Assembly (NCBI GenBank): GCA_963748815.1
Contig: CAVVKJ010000010.1
Coordinates: 640,001 to 704,000, forward strand
Source: an uncultured Gemmatimonadales bacterium
Lineage (GTDB): Bacteria; Gemmatimonadota; Gemmatimonadetes; Gemmatimonadales; GWC2-71-9
Direction: 5' to 3'
Length of the DNA stretch: 64,000 bases
Part shown: one piece after another, positions 23,635-33,245 of the stretch
How the letters are laid out: each line of letters opens with the position of its first letter
Numbering within the stretch: the stretch's first letter is position 1
Notes under the pieces: generated by a model
Told to the model about the DNA's origin: nothing
The model's database searches: none
Seen by the model: the letters and a program-made list of their open reading frames with translations, nothing else
Program-made: the position numbers and the translations under genes

Positions 23635-25004
23635 ACGACGACCCGCGCCGACGGCTGCCGTCGGTGGACCGGGTGCTGCAGGAGCCCGCCGTCCGCCGGC
23701 TCCTCGAGTCGGTTCCCCGGAGCGTGGTCGTCGCCGCCGCCCGCGAAGCGGTGGCGATCGCGCGCGAGGGCCGCGGAGACCCGCCGGAGGATTGGGGCGC
23801 GGAGGTCGAGGAACGGGCGACACGCATCGGCCGGCGGTCGCTCCAGCCGGTGCTCAATGCCACCGGCGTCGTCCTGCACACAAACCTCGGCCGAGCCCCG
23901 CTGGCCCGGACGGCGCTGGAAGCGGTTGCTGCCGTCGCCTCGGGATACAGCTCCCTGGAGTTTGATCTCGAGGCCGGCGTGCGCGGACATCGGACGGACC
24001 ACGGGCGTCGCCTCCTCGCGGAGTTGACTGGCGCGGAGGATGCGCTCGTGGTCAACAACGCCGCCTCCGCGCTGGTCGTCGCGCTCAACACCGTGGCCGC
24101 CGGAACGGAAGTCGTGATTTCGCGAGGGGAACTGGTGGAGATCGGCGGCTCGTTCCGCATCCCCGACATCCTGGCGAAGAGCGGTGCGCGGCTCCGCGAG
24201 GTCGGCACCACCAACCGGACCCATCTCGACGACTACCGCGGCGCACTCGGGCCGGCCACCGGCGCCATCCTCAAGGTCCATCAGTCGAATTTCGGTCAGT
24301 CGGGTTTTGTCCACTCCCCCGCCGGCCCGGAGCTGGCCCGACTCGCACAGGAGCACGGGCTGCCCCTGCTGCACGACATCGGCAGCGGGCTGCTCGCCGA
24401 TCTCACCGCGTTCGGGCTGGACACGGAGCCCCGGGTGCCGACCGCGGTCGCCGAGGGCGCCGACCTGGTCATCTTTTCGGGAGACAAGCTCCTCGGCGGC
24501 CCGCAGGCCGGGTGCCTCGTCGGCAAGGCGGCGTTGCTCGCGCGCTGCCGGGCCAATCCCTTCGCCCGCGCGGCGCGCGCGGACAAGATGACCTTCGCCG
24601 CGCTCGAGGCGACCCTCGAACTCTATCGCGATCCCGAGCTGGCCCTTCGCGAGATTCCGGTCCTGACCATGCTGACACTGACCGGCGACGAGCTGGCGCG
24701 TCGAGCACAGGCGCTGGCGTCTTCGATTCACACTCACTTCCCCGCTTCCCCGCTTCCCCGCCTTGTCACCGGTTCGTCGGCGACTGGCGGCGGCTCCTTT
24801 CCGACAGCCGAGCTGCCGACCACGCTCGTGGTCCTCGACCCCGGCCCGCGCGGCGCGGATGCCCTCGCACTCGCGCTTCGCCTCGGCGACCCGGCCGTCG
24901 TGGCCCGGGTGGAGAACGGAGCGGTCGTCCTCGACCCCCGGACACTTCCGGAGGGCTGCTTCCCCGAATTGGCAGCGGCAATCGCGAGAGCAGTTCAGGA
25001 ATGA
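23631..25004 (+). CDS. selA: L-seryl-tRNA(Sec) selenium transferase
   Basis: LNATGVVLHTNLGRA, ELVEIGGSFRIPD, EVGTTNRT, SGDKLLGGPQAG. Confidence 0.97.
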   Translation: MNDDPRRRLPSVDRVLQEPAVRRLLESVPRSVVVAAAREAVAIAREGRGDPPEDWGAEVEERATRIGRRSLQPVLNATGVVLHTNLGRAPLARTALEAVAAVASGYSSLEFDLEAGVRGHRTDHGRRLLAELTGAEDALVVNNAASALVVALNTVAAGTEVVISRGELVEIGGSFRIPDILAKSGARLREVGTTNRTHLDDYRGALGPATGAILKVHQSNFGQSGFVHSPAGPELARLAQEHGLPLLHDIGSGLLADLTAFGLDTEPRVPTAVAEGADLVIFSGDKLLGGPQAGCLVGKAALLARCRANPFARAARADKMTFAALEATLELYRDPELALREIPVLTMLTLTGDELARRAQALASSIHTHFPASPLPRLVTGSSATGGGSFPTAELPTTLVVLDPGPRGADALALALRLGDPAVVARVENGAVVLDPRTLPEGCFPELAAAIARAVQE

Positions 25005-25603
25005 CCAACCGCCCGCCCGCAGGCCTCCCCGCTTTCCCGCTTCCCCGCCGGGCAGCCTTCATCGACCGCGACGGCACCCTCGTCAACGATCCCGGTTTCC
25101 AGCGCGATCCCTCCACGGTCGAGCTCCTGCCGGGTGCCGCCGCGGCGGTGGCGCGGCTGAACGCGGCGGGGGTCGCGGTCATCGTCGTCACCAACCAGTC
25201 GGGAATCGCCCGGGGACTCATCACGCCGGCGGAGTATGCCGCCGTCGAGCGGGCCATCACCACGCGATTCGCCGAGCAGGGCGCGCGGCTCGACGCGACC
25301 TATCACTGCCCGCACTATCCCGACATCGGCGGCCCCTGCGACTGCCGCAAGCCGGGCACCCTGCTCTACCGGCGGGCCGCGGAGGAGTGGCAGATCGACC
25401 TCGCCGCCAGCTGGGGGGTCGGCGACCGCGTTTCGGACCTCGAGCCGGTGCTCGCCCTCGGCGGGCGGGGCCTCCTGGTGCGGACCGGAGCGGGACGAAA
25501 GCACGAATCGGCGGCCAGGGCGGCGGCGTACCCGGTGGTGGAGGATCTCTCGGCGGCCGTGGACCTGATCTTGGGCGGGATCCCGCCGAACGGCACCCCC
25601 TAG
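25001..25603 (+). CDS. gmhB: HAD-IIIA phosphatase, GmhB/HisB-like
   Basis: FIDRDGT, TNQSG, CPH...CDCRKP, GDRVSD. Confidence 0.85.
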   Translation: MTNRPPAGLPAFPLPRRAAFIDRDGTLVNDPGFQRDPSTVELLPGAAAAVARLNAAGVAVIVVTNQSGIARGLITPAEYAAVERAITTRFAEQGARLDATYHCPHYPDIGGPCDCRKPGTLLYRRAAEEWQIDLAASWGVGDRVSDLEPVLALGGRGLLVRTGAGRKHESAARAAAYPVVEDLSAAVDLILGGIPPNGTP

Positions 25604-25637
25604 GGAGGGAGGGGGTCCCCCCTTACTTTTCAGGGTT

Positions 25638-26231
25638 ATGTCGTATCGCGTGGCGGTCTGTGTTTCGGGCGGGGGCAGCAACCTGCAGGCGCTGCTCGAT
25701 CAGCTCCAGGGGGACGCGCCAGCGCGGGTCGTGCTGGTGCTGAGCAACCGGGCGGAGGCGGGCGGGTTGGAGCGGGCGCGCCGGGCGGGTGTCCCGGCCG
25801 AAGTCCTCGCCGACCCGGCCGACGCTTCGGAGTGGATTACCCGGCTGGGCCGTCGGGATGTGGACCTCCTGGTGCTCGCCGGGTACCTGAAGCTGGTGCC
25901 GCCTGGCGTGGTGCAGAAGTTTGCGGGCCGGATCGTGAACGTGCACCCGGCCCTCCTGCCTGCGTTCGGCGGGCCGGGGATGTACGGAACCCGGGTGCAC
26001 GAGGCGGTCATCGCCAGCGGCGTCCTGGAATCCGGCCCGACCGTGCACCTGGTGGACGAGGTGTACGACCGGGGAGCGATCCTGGCGCAGCGCCGGGTCC
26101 CGGTGCTGCCGGGCGACACGCCGGCGGCGCTGGCGGCGCGGGTGCTGGCGGAGGAACATCGCCTCCTGCCGGAGGTGGTCCTGGCGGCGGCGCGGGCCGG
26201 ACGCCCGGTCGCGGTGTCGAACACGGATTGA
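25638..26231 (+). CDS. purN: Phosphoribosylglycinamide formyltransferase
   Basis: SGGGSNLQA, LAGYL, NVHPALLP, TVHLVD. Confidence 0.96.
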   Translation: MSYRVAVCVSGGGSNLQALLDQLQGDAPARVVLVLSNRAEAGGLERARRAGVPAEVLADPADASEWITRLGRRDVDLLVLAGYLKLVPPGVVQKFAGRIVNVHPALLPAFGGPGMYGTRVHEAVIASGVLESGPTVHLVDEVYDRGAILAQRRVPVLPGDTPAALAARVLAEEHRLLPEVVLAAARAGRPVAVSNTD

Positions 26232-26261
26232 TTCAGCAGTCGGATTCTACCTGGGAGTACC

Positions 26262-27791
26262 ATGCCGAGGGCATTGCTTTCTGTCAGTGACAAGCGGGGC
26301 GTCGTCGCCTTCGCGCAGGGCCTGGTGCAGTTGGGGTGGGACATCGTCTCCACCGGCGGGACGGCGGCGGCGCTGAAGGCGGCGGGCGTCCCGGTGCAAT
26401 CGGTGGAGTCGATCACGAACTTCCCCGAGATGCTCGACGGGCGCGTCAAGACGCTCCACCCGATGGTGCACGGCGGCCTGCTTGGGCGCCGCGACAACCC
26501 GGTCCACCTCCGCGCCATGGACGAGCACGGCATCACGCCGATCGACCTGGTGGCGGTGAACCTCTACCCCTTCCGCGCCACCATTTCGCAGCCGGACGTC
26601 TCGTTCGAGGACGCGATCGAGAACATCGACATCGGCGGGCCGTCGATGCTCCGCTCGGCGGCCAAGAACCACGAGTTTGTCCTCCCGGTGGTGGAACCGT
26701 CGGACTACCCGGAAGTCCTCGCCCTGCTCCGCGCCGGGGAGATTCCGCAGCAGACGCGCCGCGCGTACGCCGCGAAGGTCTTTGCCCATACCGCCGACTA
26801 CGACACCGCCATTGCCGGCTATCTCACCCCGCGCGAGGAAGGGCTCCCCGCCCGCCTCGGCGGATCGCTCGAGCGGATGGCCTCGCTCCGGTATGGCGAG
26901 AACCCGCAGCAGCGGGCGGCGCTGTATGTCACGGAGGAGCCGCGTGGCATCCGGGACCTGACGCAGCGCCAGGGGAAGGAACTCTCCTTCAACAACATCC
27001 TCGACCTCGACGGCGCCATGGCCGCCGTGGCGCCGTGGACCAACCGGCCGGCCTGCGCCGTCATCAAGCACACCACGCCCTGCGGGCTGGCCGTCGGCCC
27101 GTCGGCGCTGGAGGCGTGGCGGAAGGCGGTGGCCACCGACCCGCAGTCGGCCTTCGGCGGCGTGGTCGCGTTCAACACCGTCGTCTGTCGGGCCACCGCC
27201 GAAGCGATGGTGGGGATGTTCCTCGAAGTGATCGTGGCCCCCTCCTTCCATGAGGAGGCGCTCAAGATCCTGGCCACCAAGAAGAACTTGCGGGTCATCG
27301 AGCTTCCGGTCAGTCACGGCGAGCAGGGACTCGACTACAAGTGCGTGCGCGGCGGGTTCCTCGTGCAGGATCGCTTCCAGTTCGATCCCTCCGAGGAGGC
27401 CTGGCGCGTCCCGACGGTGCGGCATCCCACGGAGAAGGAGTGGGGCGACCTCCGGTTCGGATGGGCCGGGGTGGCGGCGGTGAAGTCGAACGCGATCATG
27501 CTGGTCCGGGACGAGGCCGCGATCGGGATCGGCGCCGGCCAGATGAGCCGGGTGGACGCGTCGTTTCTCGCGGTGCACAAGGCGCGGCAGCAGGGGCACG
27601 AGCCGCGGGGCGCCGTCCTCGCGAGCGACGGGTTCTTCCCCTTCCCCGACGGCGTGGAAGCGGCGGCGGAAGCCGGCGTGACCGCCATCATCCAGCCGGG
27701 CGGGTCGGTCAAGGATGACGACGTGATCGCCGCGGCAGACCGGCTCGGCCTCGCGATGGTGCTCACCGGTTCGCGGCAGTTCAGGCACTAA
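26262..27791 (+). CDS. purH: Bifunctional AICAR transformylase/IMP cyclohydrolase
   Basis: ALLSVSDK, GRVKTLHP, IDIGG, RYGENP, ASDGFFPF, RQFRH. Confidence 0.98.
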   Translation: MPRALLSVSDKRGVVAFAQGLVQLGWDIVSTGGTAAALKAAGVPVQSVESITNFPEMLDGRVKTLHPMVHGGLLGRRDNPVHLRAMDEHGITPIDLVAVNLYPFRATISQPDVSFEDAIENIDIGGPSMLRSAAKNHEFVLPVVEPSDYPEVLALLRAGEIPQQTRRAYAAKVFAHTADYDTAIAGYLTPREEGLPARLGGSLERMASLRYGENPQQRAALYVTEEPRGIRDLTQRQGKELSFNNILDLDGAMAAVAPWTNRPACAVIKHTTPCGLAVGPSALEAWRKAVATDPQSAFGGVVAFNTVVCRATAEAMVGMFLEVIVAPSFHEEALKILATKKNLRVIELPVSHGEQGLDYKCVRGGFLVQDRFQFDPSEEAWRVPTVRHPTEKEWGDLRFGWAGVAAVKSNAIMLVRDEAAIGIGAGQMSRVDASFLAVHKARQQGHEPRGAVLASDGFFPFPDGVEAAAEAGVTAIIQPGGSVKDDDVIAAADRLGLAMVLTGSRQFRH

Positions 27792-27801
27792 CGGAGACTT
27801 C

Positions 27802-29964
27802 GTGACGAACAGCAAACCCGCGACCCCGTACCGCTGGGCCGCCCTCGTCGGGCTGGCAGTCTTCGGCATCTACATTGCCACCCTCGCCCCGACGACCGCC
27901 TTCTGGGACACCTCCGAGTACATCGCCGCGGCGAAGGTGCTCGGCATTCCCCATCCGCCGGGCAACCCGCTCTTCGTGATCCTCGCCCACACCTGGGGAT
28001 TGCTCCCGCTGGCCGGCGAGTACGCCAAGCGGATCAACCTCTTCGCCGCCTTCACGAGTGCGGCCTCGGCGGCGCTCTGGTTCCTCATCGCCGAGCGCTG
28101 GCTTCGCGAGATCGTGCCGGTCCGCTGGGGCCGCCTCCTCGCCGCGGCCGCCGGGACGCTGGTCTCCGCCACCTCGTGGACCGTCTGGAACCAGTCGGCG
28201 GTCAACGAGAAGGTGTACACGGTGTCGCTGCTCTCGATGGCGCTGGTCACCTGGCTCGCCGTGCACTGGGGCGACGACGACCCCGGCCCGCACCGCGACC
28301 GGTGGGTCATCCTGATCGCCTACATCATCGCGCTCTCCACCACCAACCACCTGATGGGGCTGCTCGCGGCGCCGGCGGTCGCGATCTACATCCTCTGGAC
28401 CGACTGGAAGGTGGTCACGCGCCCCTGGGTCGTGGTGGGCGTCATCACCGCCGTCCTCGTGGGCGTGTCGCTCAACTATCTCTTCCTCCCGATTCGGGCC
28501 GGGCTGTTCCCCCCGATCAACGAAGGGGAGCCGGTCGGCTTCTTCAGCCAGGCGCTGATGGACGTCATCAACCGGGTCCAGTACGCCAAGCCGCCGGTCC
28601 TCGACCGGCAGGCGGACCTCCTCTCCCAGTACGGGAACTACCTGCAGTATTTCCGCTGGCAGTTTGCCCGTGACTGGGGCAGCGCCGCCGGGGCCGCCGC
28701 GGCGCTCTTCGCGATGCTCGGCCTGTACGGCCTCTGGGAGTTGATCCGCCGCGACAAGCGCGCGGGCTTCGCGGCGCTCGCCATGTTCGGCACCCTGACG
28801 GTGGCGCTGGTGTTCTACCTCAACTTCAAGTACGGCTTCTCGATGCACCTCGAGCGGGACATCCCGCGCGAGGTGCGTGAGCGCGACTACTTCTTCATGG
28901 GGTCGTTCTCCTACTTCGGCGTGCTGGTCGCACTCGGGCTCGGCGCGCTCTATCGGGGCATCGCCGACTCCCTGGCCGTCCGGATCCCTGATGCGAAACG
29001 ATGGCTCTTCGCGTCTCCCATCTTCCTGGTCGCCCTGATTCCGCTGGCCGGCAACCACGCCTCCGCGACGCGAGCCAACGAGTACCTGGCCCGGGACCTC
29101 GCCATCGACATGCTGGAGTCGCTCGAGCCGTACGGCATCCTCATCACCGCGGGCGACAACGACACCTTTCCGCTCTGGTTCGCGCAGGAAGTCCTCGGTG
29201 TCCGGCCGGACGTGACGCTGGCGAACCTCTCGCTGATGAACACCCGCTGGCATCTCCGGCAGCTGCAGCGCCGGGAGACGCCGGAGTTCGACCCCGCCAG
29301 CGCGGCCCGCGTCTGGCGACCCGGCCCCGCCGAGACCGGCATCGCGCTGGCGGACAGCGCGGCCGGGGCTCCGGCCGCGGCCTGGCCTCGCCCCGACGGG
29401 TCCGTCTTCCAGAGCTTCTCGGCGGCGCAGATGGACAGCCTGCCGGAGGCGATCGCGGTCAAGAAGGGCACGGGCCTCCGGGTGGACAGCCTCGTGATCG
29501 CGTTCGGCCAGGAATACCTCACGCTGCAGGACATCGCCACCGTGGCGCTGATCCGCGACAACCTGGGCAAGCGGCCGATTTACTTCAGCTGGAGCGACGG
29601 CAACTACCCCGACGGCGTCCTCGGCCTGACAGAGTACCTCCTCACCACGGGGCTCGTCCGCAAGGTGATGCCGAAGCCGATCAAGGAGGGCAACGGCATC
29701 GTGCTGTCGAAGACCCTCGGCTTCGTGGACCTCGAAGTCACCCGGAAGCTGCTCTGGGAGACGTACCACTGGCCGAGCGCCACGCGCAGCCGCGAGCGGG
29801 GCTGGGTCGACGTCCCCTCGTCCTCGATCCTCCAGCTGTACGGGATCATCTATCGCGAAACCGGGGTCATCCTGCGGTCGGAGGGCCTGGTGGACGAAGC
29901 GGCCCGGGCCGACTCCATCTCGGTCATGGTGCAGCAGAACATCATGCGGGGAGAACGAAACTAG
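27802..29964 (+). CDS. DUF2723/TMEM260-like polytopic membrane protein (putative GT-C glycosyltransferase)
   Basis: APTTAFWDTSEY, GIPHPPGNP, REVRERDYFF, GDNDTFPLW; about 11 TM segments plus a soluble C-terminus. Confidence 0.85.
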   Translation: MTNSKPATPYRWAALVGLAVFGIYIATLAPTTAFWDTSEYIAAAKVLGIPHPPGNPLFVILAHTWGLLPLAGEYAKRINLFAAFTSAASAALWFLIAERWLREIVPVRWGRLLAAAAGTLVSATSWTVWNQSAVNEKVYTVSLLSMALVTWLAVHWGDDDPGPHRDRWVILIAYIIALSTTNHLMGLLAAPAVAIYILWTDWKVVTRPWVVVGVITAVLVGVSLNYLFLPIRAGLFPPINEGEPVGFFSQALMDVINRVQYAKPPVLDRQADLLSQYGNYLQYFRWQFARDWGSAAGAAAALFAMLGLYGLWELIRRDKRAGFAALAMFGTLTVALVFYLNFKYGFSMHLERDIPREVRERDYFFMGSFSYFGVLVALGLGALYRGIADSLAVRIPDAKRWLFASPIFLVALIPLAGNHASATRANEYLARDLAIDMLESLEPYGILITAGDNDTFPLWFAQEVLGVRPDVTLANLSLMNTRWHLRQLQRRETPEFDPASAARVWRPGPAETGIALADSAAGAPAAAWPRPDGSVFQSFSAAQMDSLPEAIAVKKGTGLRVDSLVIAFGQEYLTLQDIATVALIRDNLGKRPIYFSWSDGNYPDGVLGLTEYLLTTGLVRKVMPKPIKEGNGIVLSKTLGFVDLEVTRKLLWETYHWPSATRSRERGWVDVPSSSILQLYGIIYRETGVILRSEGLVDEAARADSISVMVQQNIMRGERN

Positions 29965-29979
29965 GGACACACCGCGTTC

Positions 29980-30063
29980 GTCATTGCGAGGCCGCGCGGC
30001 GGCTGGAGCAACCTTGGACCGAGCTTGCTTCGTCGGCCCCGCCCGGGGCCTCCTCGCAATGAC
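29980..30063. repeat. Palindromic element of the GTCATTGCGAG...CTCGCAATGAC type
   Basis: 12-bp terminal inverted repeat GTCATTGCGAGG / CCTCGCAATGAC with internal GCAA/TTGC arms. Confidence 0.75.
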
Positions 30064-30082
30064 ACAACGTGGTGCCTGGCGA

Positions 30083-30169
30083 GGCGTGGTGGCCGAGTGG
30101 TTTAAGGCAGCGGTCTTGAAAACCGCCGAACCGGAAACGGTTCCGTGAGTTCGAATCTCACCCACGCCG
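30083..30169 (+). tRNA. tRNA-Ser (TGA)
   Basis: Acceptor GGCGTGG/CCACGCC, anticodon arm GCGGT-CTTGAAA-ACCGC, long variable arm. Confidence 0.95.
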
Positions 30170-30190
30170 TGGTGGCTGACGGGCCAACGA

Positions 30191-30244
30191 GAAAGGGCGG
30201 GAAGGACAGACCGGGCATTCCCGGTCGTCCCTCCCGCCCTTCTT
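30191..30244. terminator. Long hairpin between convergent transcripts (probable terminator)
   Basis: AAGGGCGGGA / TCCCGCCCTT stem with inner GACCGGG/CCCGGTC. Confidence 0.6.
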
Positions 30245-30265
30245 CGCGCCGGACTGCCTGAGGGG

Positions 30266-30880
30266 CTAGCGGCGCCCCATGAACGACAGGCCGACGCTGA
30301 GGTACTGGTACGACCCCGACTCGCCGCCGATGTACTTGCCGGCGTTGGCGGGATAGTTGTACTTGCCGAAGACGGCGATCTCGGTCTGCGATCCCTTGTT
30401 CAGGATGAACCCGAGTTCCGGGGCGAACCCCATGATCCAGTTGCTGGTCTCGACCGTGCCCGGGCCGATGTCCATCAGCTGCTTCATGTAGTACACACCG
30501 AGCCCGAGGCCGATGTAGGTCTGGACCCGGCCGCCCGCCTTGCTGTAGAGGTGCCCGGTCACCAGCAGCGGGAAGACGTTCATCGAGCGATACTGCTCGC
30601 CCGAGACGGTGCCGCCGGGAAAGTAGATCGCGTCGGTGGTGCTCTCGTAGAACGCGGTGTAGCCCAGCGAGACGCCGACGGTCACGTTCGGGTTGATGAA
30701 GCGGCGGCCCTCGACCGAGACGCCGATCCAGCTGTCGTTGCCGATGAAGTTCTCGGAGAGGTCGCCGGCGGGATTGGCCCAGGAGTAGGTCAGGCCGCCG
30801 AGGACCTGCGCGGAGGCGGGCGCGACCCCGGCCAGGCCGAGGGCGATGACGAGCATCGCGGCGCGGAGACGGGGGGTCAT
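30266..30880 (-). CDS. Outer-membrane beta-barrel protein (OmpW/OmpA-like)
   Basis: Signal peptide, amphipathic strands, YIGLGLG, C-terminal YLSVGLSF. Confidence 0.8.
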   Translation of the reverse strand: MTPRLRAAMLVIALGLAGVAPASAQVLGGLTYSWANPAGDLSENFIGNDSWIGVSVEGRRFINPNVTVGVSLGYTAFYESTTDAIYFPGGTVSGEQYRSMNVFPLLVTGHLYSKAGGRVQTYIGLGLGVYYMKQLMDIGPGTVETSNWIMGFAPELGFILNKGSQTEIAVFGKYNYPANAGKYIGGESGSYQYLSVGLSFMGRR

Positions 30881-31512
30881 GGGTTCACCCGGAAGATGTA
30901 GAGGGATTGGGCGAAGGCCTGGTCGATGCCGTCGATGATGTCGTTGGCGAGCGCCGAGCCGGAACTCCCGGACACCACGCCGTTGATGCCGGCGAGCCAC
31001 ATCACCGGCGGCCGCGTCACGACGGGCGGAACGCCGCCGGTGAGGTCGGCCATCGGGATCAGGATGGTGCCGGTGCTGTAGGTGTACCCCACGACGTCGG
31101 TCGGATAGTCCGGAATCCAGCCGCTGCAGACCCAGGGATACCAGTCCTCCCAGACCGCGCACCAGTCCTCGATGGAAATGTCGTAGTTGTCCTTGAGGGT
31201 CACGACCGGGTTGAGCGAGAGGTCGGCCGTGGCGGGATCCATGACCCGGGTGTACCCGCGGACCGTCATATTCGCGGCGGTGCGGGCGACAATCAGGCTG
31301 TCGTAGACGTGGCTGATGTTGTCGGTGCCGCCGAGATGGACAACGGTGTCCGGCATGTAGAAGGTGACAGCCGAGTCGAAGGCAAACAGGGTGTCATAAA
31401 TGGTGGTGACCGACGCGTAGACGTTCGGCTGGCTGGCACGTTCGGGATAACAGGCGGCGAGCCCTGCCCCGACCGCCATCACAAGCCCGGTCGCCCGCAA
31501 GAACTTGCGCAT
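30877..31512 (-). CDS. DUF4136-like lipoprotein
   Basis: Lipobox LAAC, YTYSTGTILI, GIDQAFAQS. Confidence 0.75.
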   Translation of the reverse strand: MRKFLRATGLVMAVGAGLAACYPERASQPNVYASVTTIYDTLFAFDSAVTFYMPDTVVHLGGTDNISHVYDSLIVARTAANMTVRGYTRVMDPATADLSLNPVVTLKDNYDISIEDWCAVWEDWYPWVCSGWIPDYPTDVVGYTYSTGTILIPMADLTGGVPPVVTRPPVMWLAGINGVVSGSSGSALANDIIDGIDQAFAQSLYIFRVNP

Positions 31513-31638
31513 CAATGGCTCCGTAAGTGGTGGAAGGTGACCGAAAGATACCCATATGACGCCGGGGGAACCACCCGGCGCACACCGCGCACTCGGGGTT
31601 GCGTAAACCCTTCCCCGGTGGCAGTTTCCTCGCGCGTT

Positions 31639-31730
31639 GGAGCGGTGGCCGAGTGGCTGAAGGCATCGGTTTGCTAAACCGACATAGGGGTCTAAAGCTT
31701 CTATCGGGGGTTCGAATCCCCCCCGCTCCG
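31639..31730 (+). tRNA. tRNA-Ser (GCT)
   Basis: Acceptor GGAGCGG/CCGCTCC, anticodon arm TCGGT-TTGCTAA-ACCGA, long variable arm. Confidence 0.95.
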
Positions 31731-31743
31731 TGCAGCACGAAAC

Positions 31744-31809
31744 GAGGACTGGGGACTGAGGACTGAGGGCATCCCCCTCGCCGATCTCAGTCGCCAGTCC
31801 TCCGTCCTT
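31744..31809. repeat. Inverted pair of heptamer tandem repeats (GRGGACT x3 / AGTCCTC-like)
   Basis: 7-nt period read directly; same unit at 3278-3294 and about 63500-63530. Confidence 0.7.
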
Positions 31810-31824
31810 TTCTGGTGACCCACC

Positions 31825-33232
31825 ATGACCGCACGCGTTCGCTTCGCCCCCTCCCCCACCGGGTACCTCCACGTCGGCGGCGCCCGCACCGCCCTGTTCA
31901 ACTGGCTCTACGCCCGCAAGGTGGGGGGCGTCCACATCCTCCGGATCGAGGACACCGACCGCGAACGGAGCACCGAGGCGCACACCCAGGTCATCCTCGA
32001 CGGACTCCGCTGGCTGGGCGTCGAGTGGGACGAAGGCCCCTTCTTCCAGGGCTCCTACGGCACGCGGCACCGCGCCGACGCCGAACGCCTGCTGGCCGAG
32101 GGGAAGGCCTACCGCTGTTTCTGCACCTCGGACGACCTCGACGCGCAGCGGAAGGCGATGGCCGGCATGAAGGCCGCCTTTCGCTATGACGGGCGCTGCG
32201 GCCGGCTCCCGGCGGCGGAGGTCGAGGCCCGGGTCGCCGGCGGCGCGCCCAGCGCCATCCGGTTCCGGATGCCGCAGCAGGAGATCGCGTGGGACGACGC
32301 GGTCCACGGCCGGATCAGTTTCCAGGGCCACGATCTCGACGACCTGGTCATCCTGCGGAGCGACCACACCCCGATCTACAACCTGGCCGTGGTCTCCGAC
32401 GACATCGAGATGCGGATTACCCACGTCATCCGCGGCGACGACCACGTCTCCAATACCCCCAAGCAGATCGCCCTCTACCGGGCGCTCGGACACGAGCCGC
32501 CGGTCTTCGCGCACGTCCCGATGATCCTCGGCGACGACGGGAAGAAACTGTCCAAGCGCCACGGAGCCACCGCCGTCGGCGACTACCAGGACAAGGGCAT
32601 CCTCCCCGCCGCCATGCGGAACTTCCTGGCCCTCCTCGGCTGGAGTCCCGGCGGCGACCGGGAGATCATGTCCGAGGCCGAGCTGATCGAGGCGTTCTCG
32701 CTGGAGGGGATCCAGAAGAAGCCGGCGGTCTTCGACACCGCCAAGCTGGAGTGGATGAATGGCCAGTATCTCTCGCAGCGGTCGGCCGACGAACTCCTCG
32801 CCCCGACTGAGCGCGAGCTGGAGCGGATGGGCGTCGCCACGGCCGGCCGCGATCTCAAGCCGTTGATCGACTCGGTCAAGGCGCGCTCGCGCACCATCCT
32901 CAACATCGCCGAGCAGGTGGCGGTCCGGCTCGACGCCAGCCGAGTGGTGCGCGACGACAAGGGCGAGAAGCTGGCCGCCAAGCTCGGCGCCGCGTTCGGC
33001 GCCAATCTGGCGCTGGTCGCCGAGGCGCTCGAGGCCATCCCCCCCGGCGGAGTGGAACTCGGAGCGGATTCTGGCCGACGTGAAGGCGCTGGCCGAGGCA
33101 CAGGGCGCCAAGCTCGGTGATTTGATGCAACCGGTGCGGGTGGTGCTGACCGGCTCGACGGTCTCGGAGCCGGTGAACGACCTGCTCGTGGTGATCGGGC
33201 GGGATGAGAGCCTGAGACGAATCCGCGGGTAA
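31825..33232 (+). CDS. gltX: Glutamate--tRNA ligase; one frameshift at the C7 run 33039-33045
   Basis: RFAPSPTG-LHVGG, THVIRGDDH, KLSKR; anticodon-binding tail (MQPVRVVLTG) continues in another frame to TAA 33230-33232. Confidence 0.95.
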
Positions 33233-33245
33233 GCTCCCGGAGCGC

